Shown one piece after another: positions 36,816-44,198 of a stretch of 64,000 nucleotides of DNA. The stretch spans positions 22,254-86,253 of the forward strand of contig JBJMHD010000125.1 in the NCBI GenBank assembly GCA_045807565.1, given 5' to 3'. A program made the translations under genes and the position numbers. The notes under the pieces were generated by a model. The model was not told the origin of the DNA and made no database searches. It worked only from the letters and a program-made list of their open reading frames with translations. Every line of letters begins with the position of its first letter. Within the stretch, counting starts at the first letter, position 1. The stretch is from Acidimicrobiales bacterium (GTDB lineage Bacteria; Actinomycetota; Acidimicrobiia; Acidimicrobiales; VFJN01).

Positions 36816-37550
36816 CTACCGGTGGCGTCGCGCCTGCAGATCCCTCACCCGGTCGCGGATGCCCCACCACGTGACGAGCCCGAGCTCCTCGAGCATGACG
36901 CTCAGGGACATCTTCGACTGCCCGCGGACCCGGTCGGTGAAGCTGATCGGCACCTCGTCGAGGCGACCGCCGTCGCGGGCGATCCGGTACGCCGTCTCGA
37001 TCTGGAACCCGTACCCCTTGGCGCGGGTCTCGAAGATGTCGATGCCGTCCAGCGTCTTGGCGTCGTAGGCGCGGTAGCCGGACGTCGCATCTCGGATGTG
37101 CGTGCGCAGGAGCAGGTTCGTGTAGCGGTTGCCCCACTTCGACAGGGCCCGCCGGTGCCACGGCCAGTGCGGGATCGAGCCGCCGGGCACGTACCGCGAG
37201 CCGATCACCCCCGCCGCGCCCTCATCGAGGCGGGCGAGGAGGGAGGGGAGCGCGGCAGGGTCGTGGGAGAGGTCGGCGTCCATCTGGACGAGCCGGTCGT
37301 ACCCACGATCGAACCCGAGTCGGAAGCCGGCGCGGTACGCGTTGCCGAGGCCGTCCTTCTTCGGACGGACGAGGACGTCGATCTGCCCGAGCTCGGCCGC
37401 CGTCGCCCTCGCCAGGTCGGCCGTGCCGTCCGGGCTCGAGTCGTCCACCACGAGGACGTCGGCACCCGGCACCGCCGCCCGCAGCCGCGAGAGGACCTCG
37501 TTGATGTTGGCGGCCTCGTCGTAGGTGGGGATGACGACCAGCGTGCGCAC
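36816..37550 (-). CDS. ppm1: polyprenol-monophosphomannose synthase-like GT2 (Ppm1/Dpm1 type)
   Basis: 244 aa. VVIPTYDEAANI, LVVDDSSPDGT, QMDADLSHDP, typical of Ppm1 catalytic domains. Soluble, no TM segment. Confidence 0.85.
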   Translation of the reverse strand: MRTLVVIPTYDEAANINEVLSRLRAAVPGADVLVVDDSSPDGTADLARATAAELGQIDVLVRPKKDGLGNAYRAGFRLGFDRGYDRLVQMDADLSHDPAALPSLLARLDEGAAGVIGSRYVPGGSIPHWPWHRRALSKWGNRYTNLLLRTHIRDATSGYRAYDAKTLDGIDIFETRAKGYGFQIETAYRIARDGGRLDEVPISFTDRVRGQSKMSLSVMLEELGLVTWWGIRDRVRDLQARRHR

Positions 37551-37565
37551 GGCGGCGAGGCTAGG

Positions 37566-39290
37566 TCAGCCAGGTGCCTCGTCAGGCGAGGGCCGGTCGC
37601 AGGGCAGGTAGAGCTCGTAGAGGCCGCGTTCGGGGTCGATCGGGTTCCGGCCGAACGACCGGTCGAGGCAGAGCTGCGAGCGCAGCACCTCGTTGGGTGC
37701 GTCCGAGCCAGAACGACGGGAGTCGTTGGGCTCGGTCCAGTCGTCGAAGAGGGTCGACAGGATGACCACGTCGGCGTCGGCGACCTCGTCGGCCAGGCCG
37801 GAGTCGTCGGCGTCCGCCACGCCCGGGTCCATCTCGACGTACTTGGTGCCGGGCACGAGGTCGGGCAGCAGGTGGTAGAGGAACGCCTCGCTGTAGGTGG
37901 TGCGGCTCAGGTCGCCGGGCCCGACGACCAGGCGATCGCCAGGCTCGGTCACCTCGTCCACCCGATCCAGGAGGGCGCGCACGGCGTCGACGGCGTCGTC
38001 GCGCTTGTAGGGGAACTCGCGGCCGTCGTGGCGGATCACCTCCTCGAGGCGGCGCGCGCCGAACGTCTTGGCGGCGACCTCCGCGTAGTTGCGATAGGTG
38101 AAGTGCGGAGCGACGACGACCAGGATGACCAGCACGGCGCCGACGCTCGCGAGGCCGGCCCCCGCGCTGGCGCGCGCCGTGCTGGCGCGTGGAGCCGTGC
38201 CGCGCTCGCGACGGGCCGCCCACGCGCGCCCGAGCTCGACGAACGCGGCCGGCAGCACGGCGAACCCGATGCACCCGACCCAGGCGAGGTGGGCGGAGTC
38301 GGGCCGCTGCATCGCCTGGGGGAACAGGCCGACGCTGAACGCGGCGATGGCGAGGAGGCGGTGGTCGCCGGTGCGGCGGCGGCACAGCCAGCCGGCGACG
38401 AGGAGGAGCACCCCCGTGGCGAGGAGCGCGAAGAACCAGAGCCACAGCTGGCGGGGGCCGCTCGGTGCGGGCAGCGGCCACGGCGGCGGGTCGAACACCC
38501 ACGCGCCCTCGAGGAACCCGTCGAAGTGGTGGGGGGAGGGTGGGATCGGCAGCCGCCGCCCGCCGCGGAGGTCGACGATCGGCTGGACGACGAGCCCTTC
38601 GATCACGTGGCCCGGACCCGCCATCGCGACGTGGACGAGCCAGGGGACGCACCCCGCCGCGAAGCCGAGCAGGGCGCGACGTCGGTTGCGGCTCGACAGC
38701 GGGGGGATCGCCACCACGGCCGCCACGGTGAGGGCCAGCACGAGGTCGGGCCGGTACAGGAGCGCGGCGGCGGCGAGCACGCCGGCGACGACCGGCCGCC
38801 ACGACGCCTCCCTTCCCTCGAGCGACGCGTCGAGGGCGAACGAGAGGGCCCAGGCACCGAGGGCGACGCCGCCGACCCAGGCCATGGCCGCGAGCCCGCT
38901 CGGCGTCATGACCAGCAGCGCCGAGATCACGCCGCCCCCCGCCGCGATCCACGGCCCCCAGGGGCGCAGGAGGCGGTAGACGCCGAACACCACGCCCAGG
39001 TGCTGGAGGTAGCCCACCACCCGCTCGGAGGCCAGGCTCACCCCGGCGACGGCGAACACCGCGGCGAGGACCCACAGGCTGCCGGGCCCGTAGAGGTGGA
39101 GGAAGTCGCGGTTGGGCACCTGCCCGTCGAGGACCATCTCGGGGAACACGAGCATGAACCCCTCCTCCATGGGCGCGCCCTGGGTGATCCACAGCCCGTA
39201 CAGGGGTGGGAAGGTGCTCAGGAGGACCACGAGCGGCGCCACCCACCGGCTGAGGCGGGAGCCGTCCGCCTCGAGGGTGGTGTCGCTCAT
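37566..39290 (-). CDS. polytopic membrane protein with C-terminal soluble domain; putative GT-C glycosyltransferase
   Basis: 574 aa from ATG 39290 (MSDTTLEADG). At least 10 hydrophobic helices and an acidic first loop (PMEEGFMLVFPEMVLDGQVPNRDF). The upstream part of listed ORF 37566..40022 is an artefact. Confidence 0.65.
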   Translation of the reverse strand: MSDTTLEADGSRLSRWVAPLVVLLSTFPPLYGLWITQGAPMEEGFMLVFPEMVLDGQVPNRDFLHLYGPGSLWVLAAVFAVAGVSLASERVVGYLQHLGVVFGVYRLLRPWGPWIAAGGGVISALLVMTPSGLAAMAWVGGVALGAWALSFALDASLEGREASWRPVVAGVLAAAALLYRPDLVLALTVAAVVAIPPLSSRNRRRALLGFAAGCVPWLVHVAMAGPGHVIEGLVVQPIVDLRGGRRLPIPPSPHHFDGFLEGAWVFDPPPWPLPAPSGPRQLWLWFFALLATGVLLLVAGWLCRRRTGDHRLLAIAAFSVGLFPQAMQRPDSAHLAWVGCIGFAVLPAAFVELGRAWAARRERGTAPRASTARASAGAGLASVGAVLVILVVVAPHFTYRNYAEVAAKTFGARRLEEVIRHDGREFPYKRDDAVDAVRALLDRVDEVTEPGDRLVVGPGDLSRTTYSEAFLYHLLPDLVPGTKYVEMDPGVADADDSGLADEVADADVVILSTLFDDWTEPNDSRRSGSDAPNEVLRSQLCLDRSFGRNPIDPERGLYELYLPCDRPSPDEAPG

Positions 39291-39353
39291 CGGCCCCTGA
39301 AGGTACCGAAGGCCGTCCCGGGCGCCGCGCCAGGCCCGGGTAGTGTCCCCTCC

Positions 39354-40301
39354 GTGGGCGACCTCGACGCGCCGACCGTTGCAGCGGTCGATCGCCCGCT
39401 GCGGCCGGCGGGCGGCGCCGCCGCGTACCTCCAGCTGGTCCGTCCGCGCCAGTGGGTGAAGAACCTGCTCGTGCTCGCCGCCCCGGCCGCCGCAGGCGCG
39501 CTGGACGAGTGGCACTACGTGCGCCAGGCGCTGCTCGTGCTCGTGAGCTTCTGCCTCGCCGCCAGCGGGACCTACTGCATCAACGACGCCGCCGATGCCG
39601 AGGCCGACCGACTGCACCCCACCAAGCGCCACCGACCGGTGGCCAACGGCGCCGTCTCGCCGTCGCAAGCGCGCGTGCTCGGCGTCGTGCTCCTGGTGCT
39701 CGGCATGGGCCTCGGGATCGTGGTCGGCCAGTGGGAGGTCTCGGCCGTCACCGCGCTCTACGTCGCCATGACGACGGTGTACACGCTCTGGCTGAAGCAG
39801 GTCGCGGTGATCGACCTCGTGCTCATCGCCTCCTTCTTCGTGCTGCGGGCCGTCGCCGGCGTCGTCGGCACCGACCTGCCCATCTCGGACTGGTACCTCA
39901 TCGTCGCCAGCTTCGGTGCGCTCTTCCTGGTCGCGGGCAAGCGCACCACCGAGCTCCGCGCCCCTGATGCCCTTCGCCACCGTCCCGCGCTCGCGGCGTA
40001 CACCCCGACGTTCCTGCTCCACGTGCGGACGGTCGCCGTCACGGTCACCCTCCTCGCGTACTGCCTGTGGGCCTTCGAGAAGGCCGATGTGGCGAACTCG
40101 AGCGTGCCGTGGTTCGAGCTGTCGATCCTCCCGTTCCTCGTGGGGCTGCTCCGGTACGCCCTCGTCCTGGAGACGGAGGACAGGCGCGGCCCGGAGGAGA
40201 TCATCCTCGGGGACCGGACGCTCCAGGTGGTGGGCCTCTGCTGGGCGCTGCTGTTCGCCGCCGGGGTGTACCTCGGCGATGCCCCGCCCCTCACCTCCTG
40301 A
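39354..40301 (+). CDS. UbiA-family decaprenyl-phosphate phosphoribosyltransferase (Rv3806c-like DPPR synthase)
   Basis: GTG 39354. LVRPRQWVKNLLV, Asp-rich NDAADAEADRLHPTKRHRPVANG matching the Rv3806c-type motif, about 8 TM segments. This is the last 315 aa of artefactual ORF 35538..40301. Confidence 0.85.
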   Translation: MGDLDAPTVAAVDRPLRPAGGAAAYLQLVRPRQWVKNLLVLAAPAAAGALDEWHYVRQALLVLVSFCLAASGTYCINDAADAEADRLHPTKRHRPVANGAVSPSQARVLGVVLLVLGMGLGIVVGQWEVSAVTALYVAMTTVYTLWLKQVAVIDLVLIASFFVLRAVAGVVGTDLPISDWYLIVASFGALFLVAGKRTTELRAPDALRHRPALAAYTPTFLLHVRTVAVTVTLLAYCLWAFEKADVANSSVPWFELSILPFLVGLLRYALVLETEDRRGPEEIILGDRTLQVVGLCWALLFAAGVYLGDAPPLTS

Positions 40302-40363
40302 CGCCGCCGGCCCCGCCGGGCGCGCGGAGGCGGGCGTCCGCCCGTCGCTAGCATCGCCGGGCC

Positions 40364-40666
40364 ATGCTCCCCCTCGAACGTCGCATCGTGCGCACGCTCA
40401 CGACCTCGCCCGACCCCGCGGTCCGAGCCGACGTGGAGGGGTGGGTCGAGCGCTCGCTGGACGGGATGCCCGACGGTCTCCGCCTCGGCGTGGTGCTCGA
40501 GTCGTGCCTCTTCACGGCGTGGGAGGGCCTCCGCCGCCCGGCAGACCTGCACGGGCTCATCTCGTGGCTCGAGGGCAGCCCCATCGGGCTCCTGCAGGCC
40601 TACCCACGGCTGTTCCGGTCGCTGGTCACCTTCGGCGAGCTCGAGCTCGGACCGTCGGTCTCGTGA
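40364..40666 (+). CDS. small hypothetical protein translationally coupled to the GMC oxidoreductase
   Basis: 100 aa with high GC3. Its stop TGA overlaps GTG 40663 of the next gene. No recognisable motif, signal peptide or TM segment. Confidence 0.55.
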   Translation: MLPLERRIVRTLTTSPDPAVRADVEGWVERSLDGMPDGLRLGVVLESCLFTAWEGLRRPADLHGLISWLEGSPIGLLQAYPRLFRSLVTFGELELGPSVS

Positions 40667-42090
40667 GCGGCATCGACACCGAGGTCCTCGTCATCGGCTC
40701 CGGTGCCGGGGGAGCGACCACGGCGCGGGCGCTGGCCGAGGCAGGCCTCGCCGTCCACGTGGTGGAGGAGGGCCCGTGGCTGGAGCCCGGCGCCGTCCCC
40801 GCCTTCAGCCTCGCCGAGATGGACCGCGCCTACCGCCACCGCGGGGCGAGCGCGGCGATGGGCCGGCCACCGATCGCGTACGCCGAAGGGCGGTGCGTCG
40901 GGGGCAGCACCGAGATCAACAGCGGGCTCTGGGCTCGCCTGCCTCGTCCGCTCGTCGACACCTGGCGTGCCGGACTCGGCCTCGAGGACCTCACCGCCGA
41001 GGACCTCGGGAAGGTGGAGGATCGGATCGAGTCGTGGGTGCCCGTGCACCCGCTCCCGGGGGCCGCTCCGCCCTCGTCCGCCGCACTGGTCCGCGGCGCC
41101 GACGCCTTGGGCTGGCGCCACGAGGAGTTCCCGCGCGCCTTCACCTACGACGGCGCCGGTCGCGGCACGAAGCAGTCGATGAGCCAGACGCTCCTCCCGG
41201 AGGCGGTCCGGCTCGGAGCCCACATCCAGCCCGACACCTACGTGTCGGAGCTGCTGCTCGATCGAGGCCGGGCATGGGGGGCGCGCGTGCGCACCACGCA
41301 CCCGGATGGCGTGGAGGAGCAGGAGATCCGCGCCGAGCGCGTGTTCGTCTGCGGCGGAGCGATCCAGACGCCAGCCCTGCTCCAGCGCAGCGGCCTCCGC
41401 CGGCGGCCGATCGGTCGCGGCCTCCGGATGCACCCCACCCTCAAGGTCGCGGCCCAGTTCCCGTCAGCCGTGGACCACGACGAGGTGCCGGTGCACCGCA
41501 TCACCGAGTTCGCCCCTGACCTGGCGATCGGCGGTTCGGCCAGCCGGCGCGGGCAGGTGGGTCTGGCGCTCGCGGACAGCGGCGTCGACGTCCACGAGCT
41601 CGGCGACGCGTGGGACCGCGTGTTCGTGTACTACGCCGCGATCAAGAGCGACCGTGGTGGCCGGGTGCTCGCGATCCCCGGGCTGCGCGCCCCGGTCGTC
41701 ACCTACCCGATCTCGGATGCCGACCTGAGCCGGCTCGCCCGGGGACTGGTGCTCCTCGGCGAAGCCCTCCTCGCCGCGGGCGCCGAAGCGCTCTACCCCT
41801 CGGTGGACGGCGCTCCCGTCGCCACGACCGTCGCCGACCTGGGCGCGTGGTGGGACGCGATCGACCGCCGCCGGGCGAGCCTGATGAGCGTCCACCTCAC
41901 GTCGAGCATCGGCATGAGCCACGATCCCGCACGCACGGGAGCCGACGCCCACGGACGGGTGTGGGGCATCGAGGGCCTGCACGTGAACGACGCGTCGCTC
42001 CTGCCCGACGCCCCCGGCGTGAACCCGCAGGCCGGTGTGATGGCGATCGCGCTGCGGAACGTCGACCACTTCCTCACCACCCGTCGATGA
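40663..42090 (+). CDS. GMC-family FAD-dependent oxidoreductase
   Basis: VLVIGSGAGGATTARALAEAGLAVHVVEEG (FAD beta-alpha-beta). C-terminal HLTSSIGM...DAHGRVWGIEGLHVNDASLLPDAPGVNP (GMC C-terminal signature with catalytic His). Confidence 0.85.
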   Translation: MSGIDTEVLVIGSGAGGATTARALAEAGLAVHVVEEGPWLEPGAVPAFSLAEMDRAYRHRGASAAMGRPPIAYAEGRCVGGSTEINSGLWARLPRPLVDTWRAGLGLEDLTAEDLGKVEDRIESWVPVHPLPGAAPPSSAALVRGADALGWRHEEFPRAFTYDGAGRGTKQSMSQTLLPEAVRLGAHIQPDTYVSELLLDRGRAWGARVRTTHPDGVEEQEIRAERVFVCGGAIQTPALLQRSGLRRRPIGRGLRMHPTLKVAAQFPSAVDHDEVPVHRITEFAPDLAIGGSASRRGQVGLALADSGVDVHELGDAWDRVFVYYAAIKSDRGGRVLAIPGLRAPVVTYPISDADLSRLARGLVLLGEALLAAGAEALYPSVDGAPVATTVADLGAWWDAIDRRRASLMSVHLTSSIGMSHDPARTGADAHGRVWGIEGLHVNDASLLPDAPGVNPQAGVMAIALRNVDHFLTTRR

Positions 42091-43127
42091 TCGACCACGA
42101 TCGCACCGCTCCCGCGACCATGGTCGTCACCGGCGCGGCGGGGTGGCTCGGCCAGAACCTGGTGCGCGCCGTCGCCCCGGAGCGCGAGCGCGTCCGCTGC
42201 CTGGTGCGCACGCCGGAGGAGGCGGCGCTGCTCGCGGTCGCGCACCCGAGCGTCGATCCGATCGTCGGCGACGTGCGCGACCCGCACACCCTCGACCGCC
42301 TCCTGGACGGGGTCGGCGACGCCACCGTCGTCCACGCCGCCGCCGTGATCCACCCCACCGCGGGCATCCGCGAGCTCTACGACGTGAACGTGGGTGGCAC
42401 GCAGCTCCTCGTGGACCGCGTGCGGCGCAGCGGTGCGGGCCGGCTGGTCCACGTGTCGTCGAACTCGCCCTTCGGTGCGAACCCCGGACCGGACCACCGC
42501 TTCACCGAGGACAGCCCGATGCACCCGTACCTGGGCTACGGCCGCTCGAAGGCCGAGGCCGAGGCGATCGTCATGGCCGCCCACACCCGGGGCGACCTCG
42601 AGGCCGTGGTGCTGCGACCACCCTGGTTCTACGGCCCACACCAGCCCGAGCGGCAGACCCGCTGGCTGCGGGCCGTGCGCCGCAACCGCTTCCCGGTCGT
42701 CGGCGACGGCACCAACCGCCGGTCGATGGTCTTCACCGGCAACCTCGTGCACGCCGTGCTCCGAGCCGAGCTGGCGGACGGCGCGTCAGGGCGCGCCTAC
42801 TGGATCGCCGACGGGCCTCCGCCCACGATGCACGAGGTGCTCGACACCGTCCGTGCCGCCTTCGCCGCCGAGGGCCTCCCGCCCGCGGGGGGCCCGCGAC
42901 CCCGGGCCCCCCGTGCCGTGGGCGTGCTGGCCGAGCGGGCCGACACGCTGCTGCAAGGGCGTGGTCGGTACAGCCAGGTCCTCCACGTGCTCGGGGAGCT
43001 GAAGGACACCATCGCGTGCGACACCGCTCGTGCCGAGGCGGAGCTGGGCTACCGGCCACCCACCACGCTGCTCGACGGCATGCGCGAGAGCATCCGATGG
43101 TGCGTGGAGCGGGGCATCGCGCTGTGA
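42087..43127 (+). CDS. NAD-dependent epimerase/dehydratase (extended SDR) 1
   Basis: ATGA overlap. VVTGAAGWLGQNLV, YGRSKAEAE (YxxxK). 346 aa. Confidence 0.85.
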   Translation: MIDHDRTAPATMVVTGAAGWLGQNLVRAVAPERERVRCLVRTPEEAALLAVAHPSVDPIVGDVRDPHTLDRLLDGVGDATVVHAAAVIHPTAGIRELYDVNVGGTQLLVDRVRRSGAGRLVHVSSNSPFGANPGPDHRFTEDSPMHPYLGYGRSKAEAEAIVMAAHTRGDLEAVVLRPPWFYGPHQPERQTRWLRAVRRNRFPVVGDGTNRRSMVFTGNLVHAVLRAELADGASGRAYWIADGPPPTMHEVLDTVRAAFAAEGLPPAGGPRPRAPRAVGVLAERADTLLQGRGRYSQVLHVLGELKDTIACDTARAEAELGYRPPTTLLDGMRESIRWCVERGIAL

Positions 43128-44155
43128 GCCGGCTCCTGGTCACCGGCGGGAGCGGGTACTTCGGTTCGGTGCTCGTCGACCAGGCCCTGGCGCGCGGCGA
43201 CGAGGTGCGCATCCTCGACCTCAACCAGCCAGAGCCCCGACCGGGCGCGGCGCTGGACGTCGTGGTGGGCGACGTGCGTGACGCGCGCCTCGTGGCACGC
43301 GCGTGCGAGGGGATCGACGTCGTGCACCACAACGTCGCCCAGGTGCCGCTCGCCCGCGATCGTGAGCTGTTCTGGACCGTGAACGTCGTCGGCACCGCGA
43401 ACGTGCTCCTGGCGGCACGCGACGCCCACGTCGGCAAGGTCGTCACCACGTCCTCGAGCGCGGTGTACGGCATCCCCGAGCGCAACCCCGTGGACGAGAC
43501 GAGCCCTCGCCGCCCCCTGGAGGCGTACGGACGGGCGAAGCTCGAGGCCGAGGCGCTCTGCGCGGAGGCCGTCGCGTCCGGTCTCGACGTCACCGTGATC
43601 CGTCCGCGCACGATCCTGGGGCACGGCCGGCTGGGGATCATGGTGATCCTGTTCGAGCTGGTGGCGGAAGGGGCCGCGGTGCCCGTGCTCGACGGCGGCG
43701 CCAACCGGTACCAGCTCGTCCACGCCGAAGACCTCGCCGACGCCTGCCTGCGCGCGGGTGAGCGCGCCGGCGGGCTCGCCTACAACATCGGCGCGACCGA
43801 CTTCGGCACGATGCGCGACACCCTCGAGGCGCTCTGCCGGCACGCCGGGACGGGCGCACGGGTCCGGTCGGTGCCGTCGGCGCCCGCCCGCCTCGCCATG
43901 CGGGGTGCCACCGCGGTGGGGATGGCGCCCTTCGCTCCCTACCACTGGCTCCTCTACGGCGAGTCGCTCTGGTTCGACACCACGGCGGCGCGCCGCGAGC
44001 TCGGGTGGGCGCCGGTGCACAGCAACGCCGACATGGTGATCGAGTCCTACGAGTGGTGGATGGCCCACCGCCACGAGCTCGACGGCCCCGGGCGCTCGCA
44101 CCACCAGTCGCCGGTGCGGTTCGGCCTGCTCGAGGTGCTCAAGCGGCTCCGCTGA
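43124..44155 (+). CDS. NAD-dependent epimerase/dehydratase (extended SDR) 2
   Basis: GTGA overlap. LVTGGSGYFGSVLV, YGRAKLEAE. 343 aa. Confidence 0.85.
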   Translation: MSRLLVTGGSGYFGSVLVDQALARGDEVRILDLNQPEPRPGAALDVVVGDVRDARLVARACEGIDVVHHNVAQVPLARDRELFWTVNVVGTANVLLAARDAHVGKVVTTSSSAVYGIPERNPVDETSPRRPLEAYGRAKLEAEALCAEAVASGLDVTVIRPRTILGHGRLGIMVILFELVAEGAAVPVLDGGANRYQLVHAEDLADACLRAGERAGGLAYNIGATDFGTMRDTLEALCRHAGTGARVRSVPSAPARLAMRGATAVGMAPFAPYHWLLYGESLWFDTTAARRELGWAPVHSNADMVIESYEWWMAHRHELDGPGRSHHQSPVRFGLLEVLKRLR

Positions 44156-44198
44156 GCGACCCGGGACCTCCAGGGGGGCACTTGTATGCTCCGACGCC

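Noticed and set aside
35538-40301. 1587-aa plus-strand ORF, with the N-terminal extensions of ORFs 9289..13107, 52957..57657, 57288..58931, 37566..40022 and 33353..35485
   Set aside because: Only the C-terminal portions carry recognisable domains, plausible RBSs or 4-nt coupling. The upstream parts are antisense to well-supported genes and are compositionally junk. Starts were reset accordingly.
40663-42090. Calling the flavoprotein DprE1
   Set aside because: Its motifs are GMC-family (N-terminal GxGxxG-E, C-terminal HxxxxxGM...DAS..P), not the VAO/PCMH FAD_binding_4 fold of DprE1. Any DprE1-like role is therefore a hypothesis of analogy, not homology.
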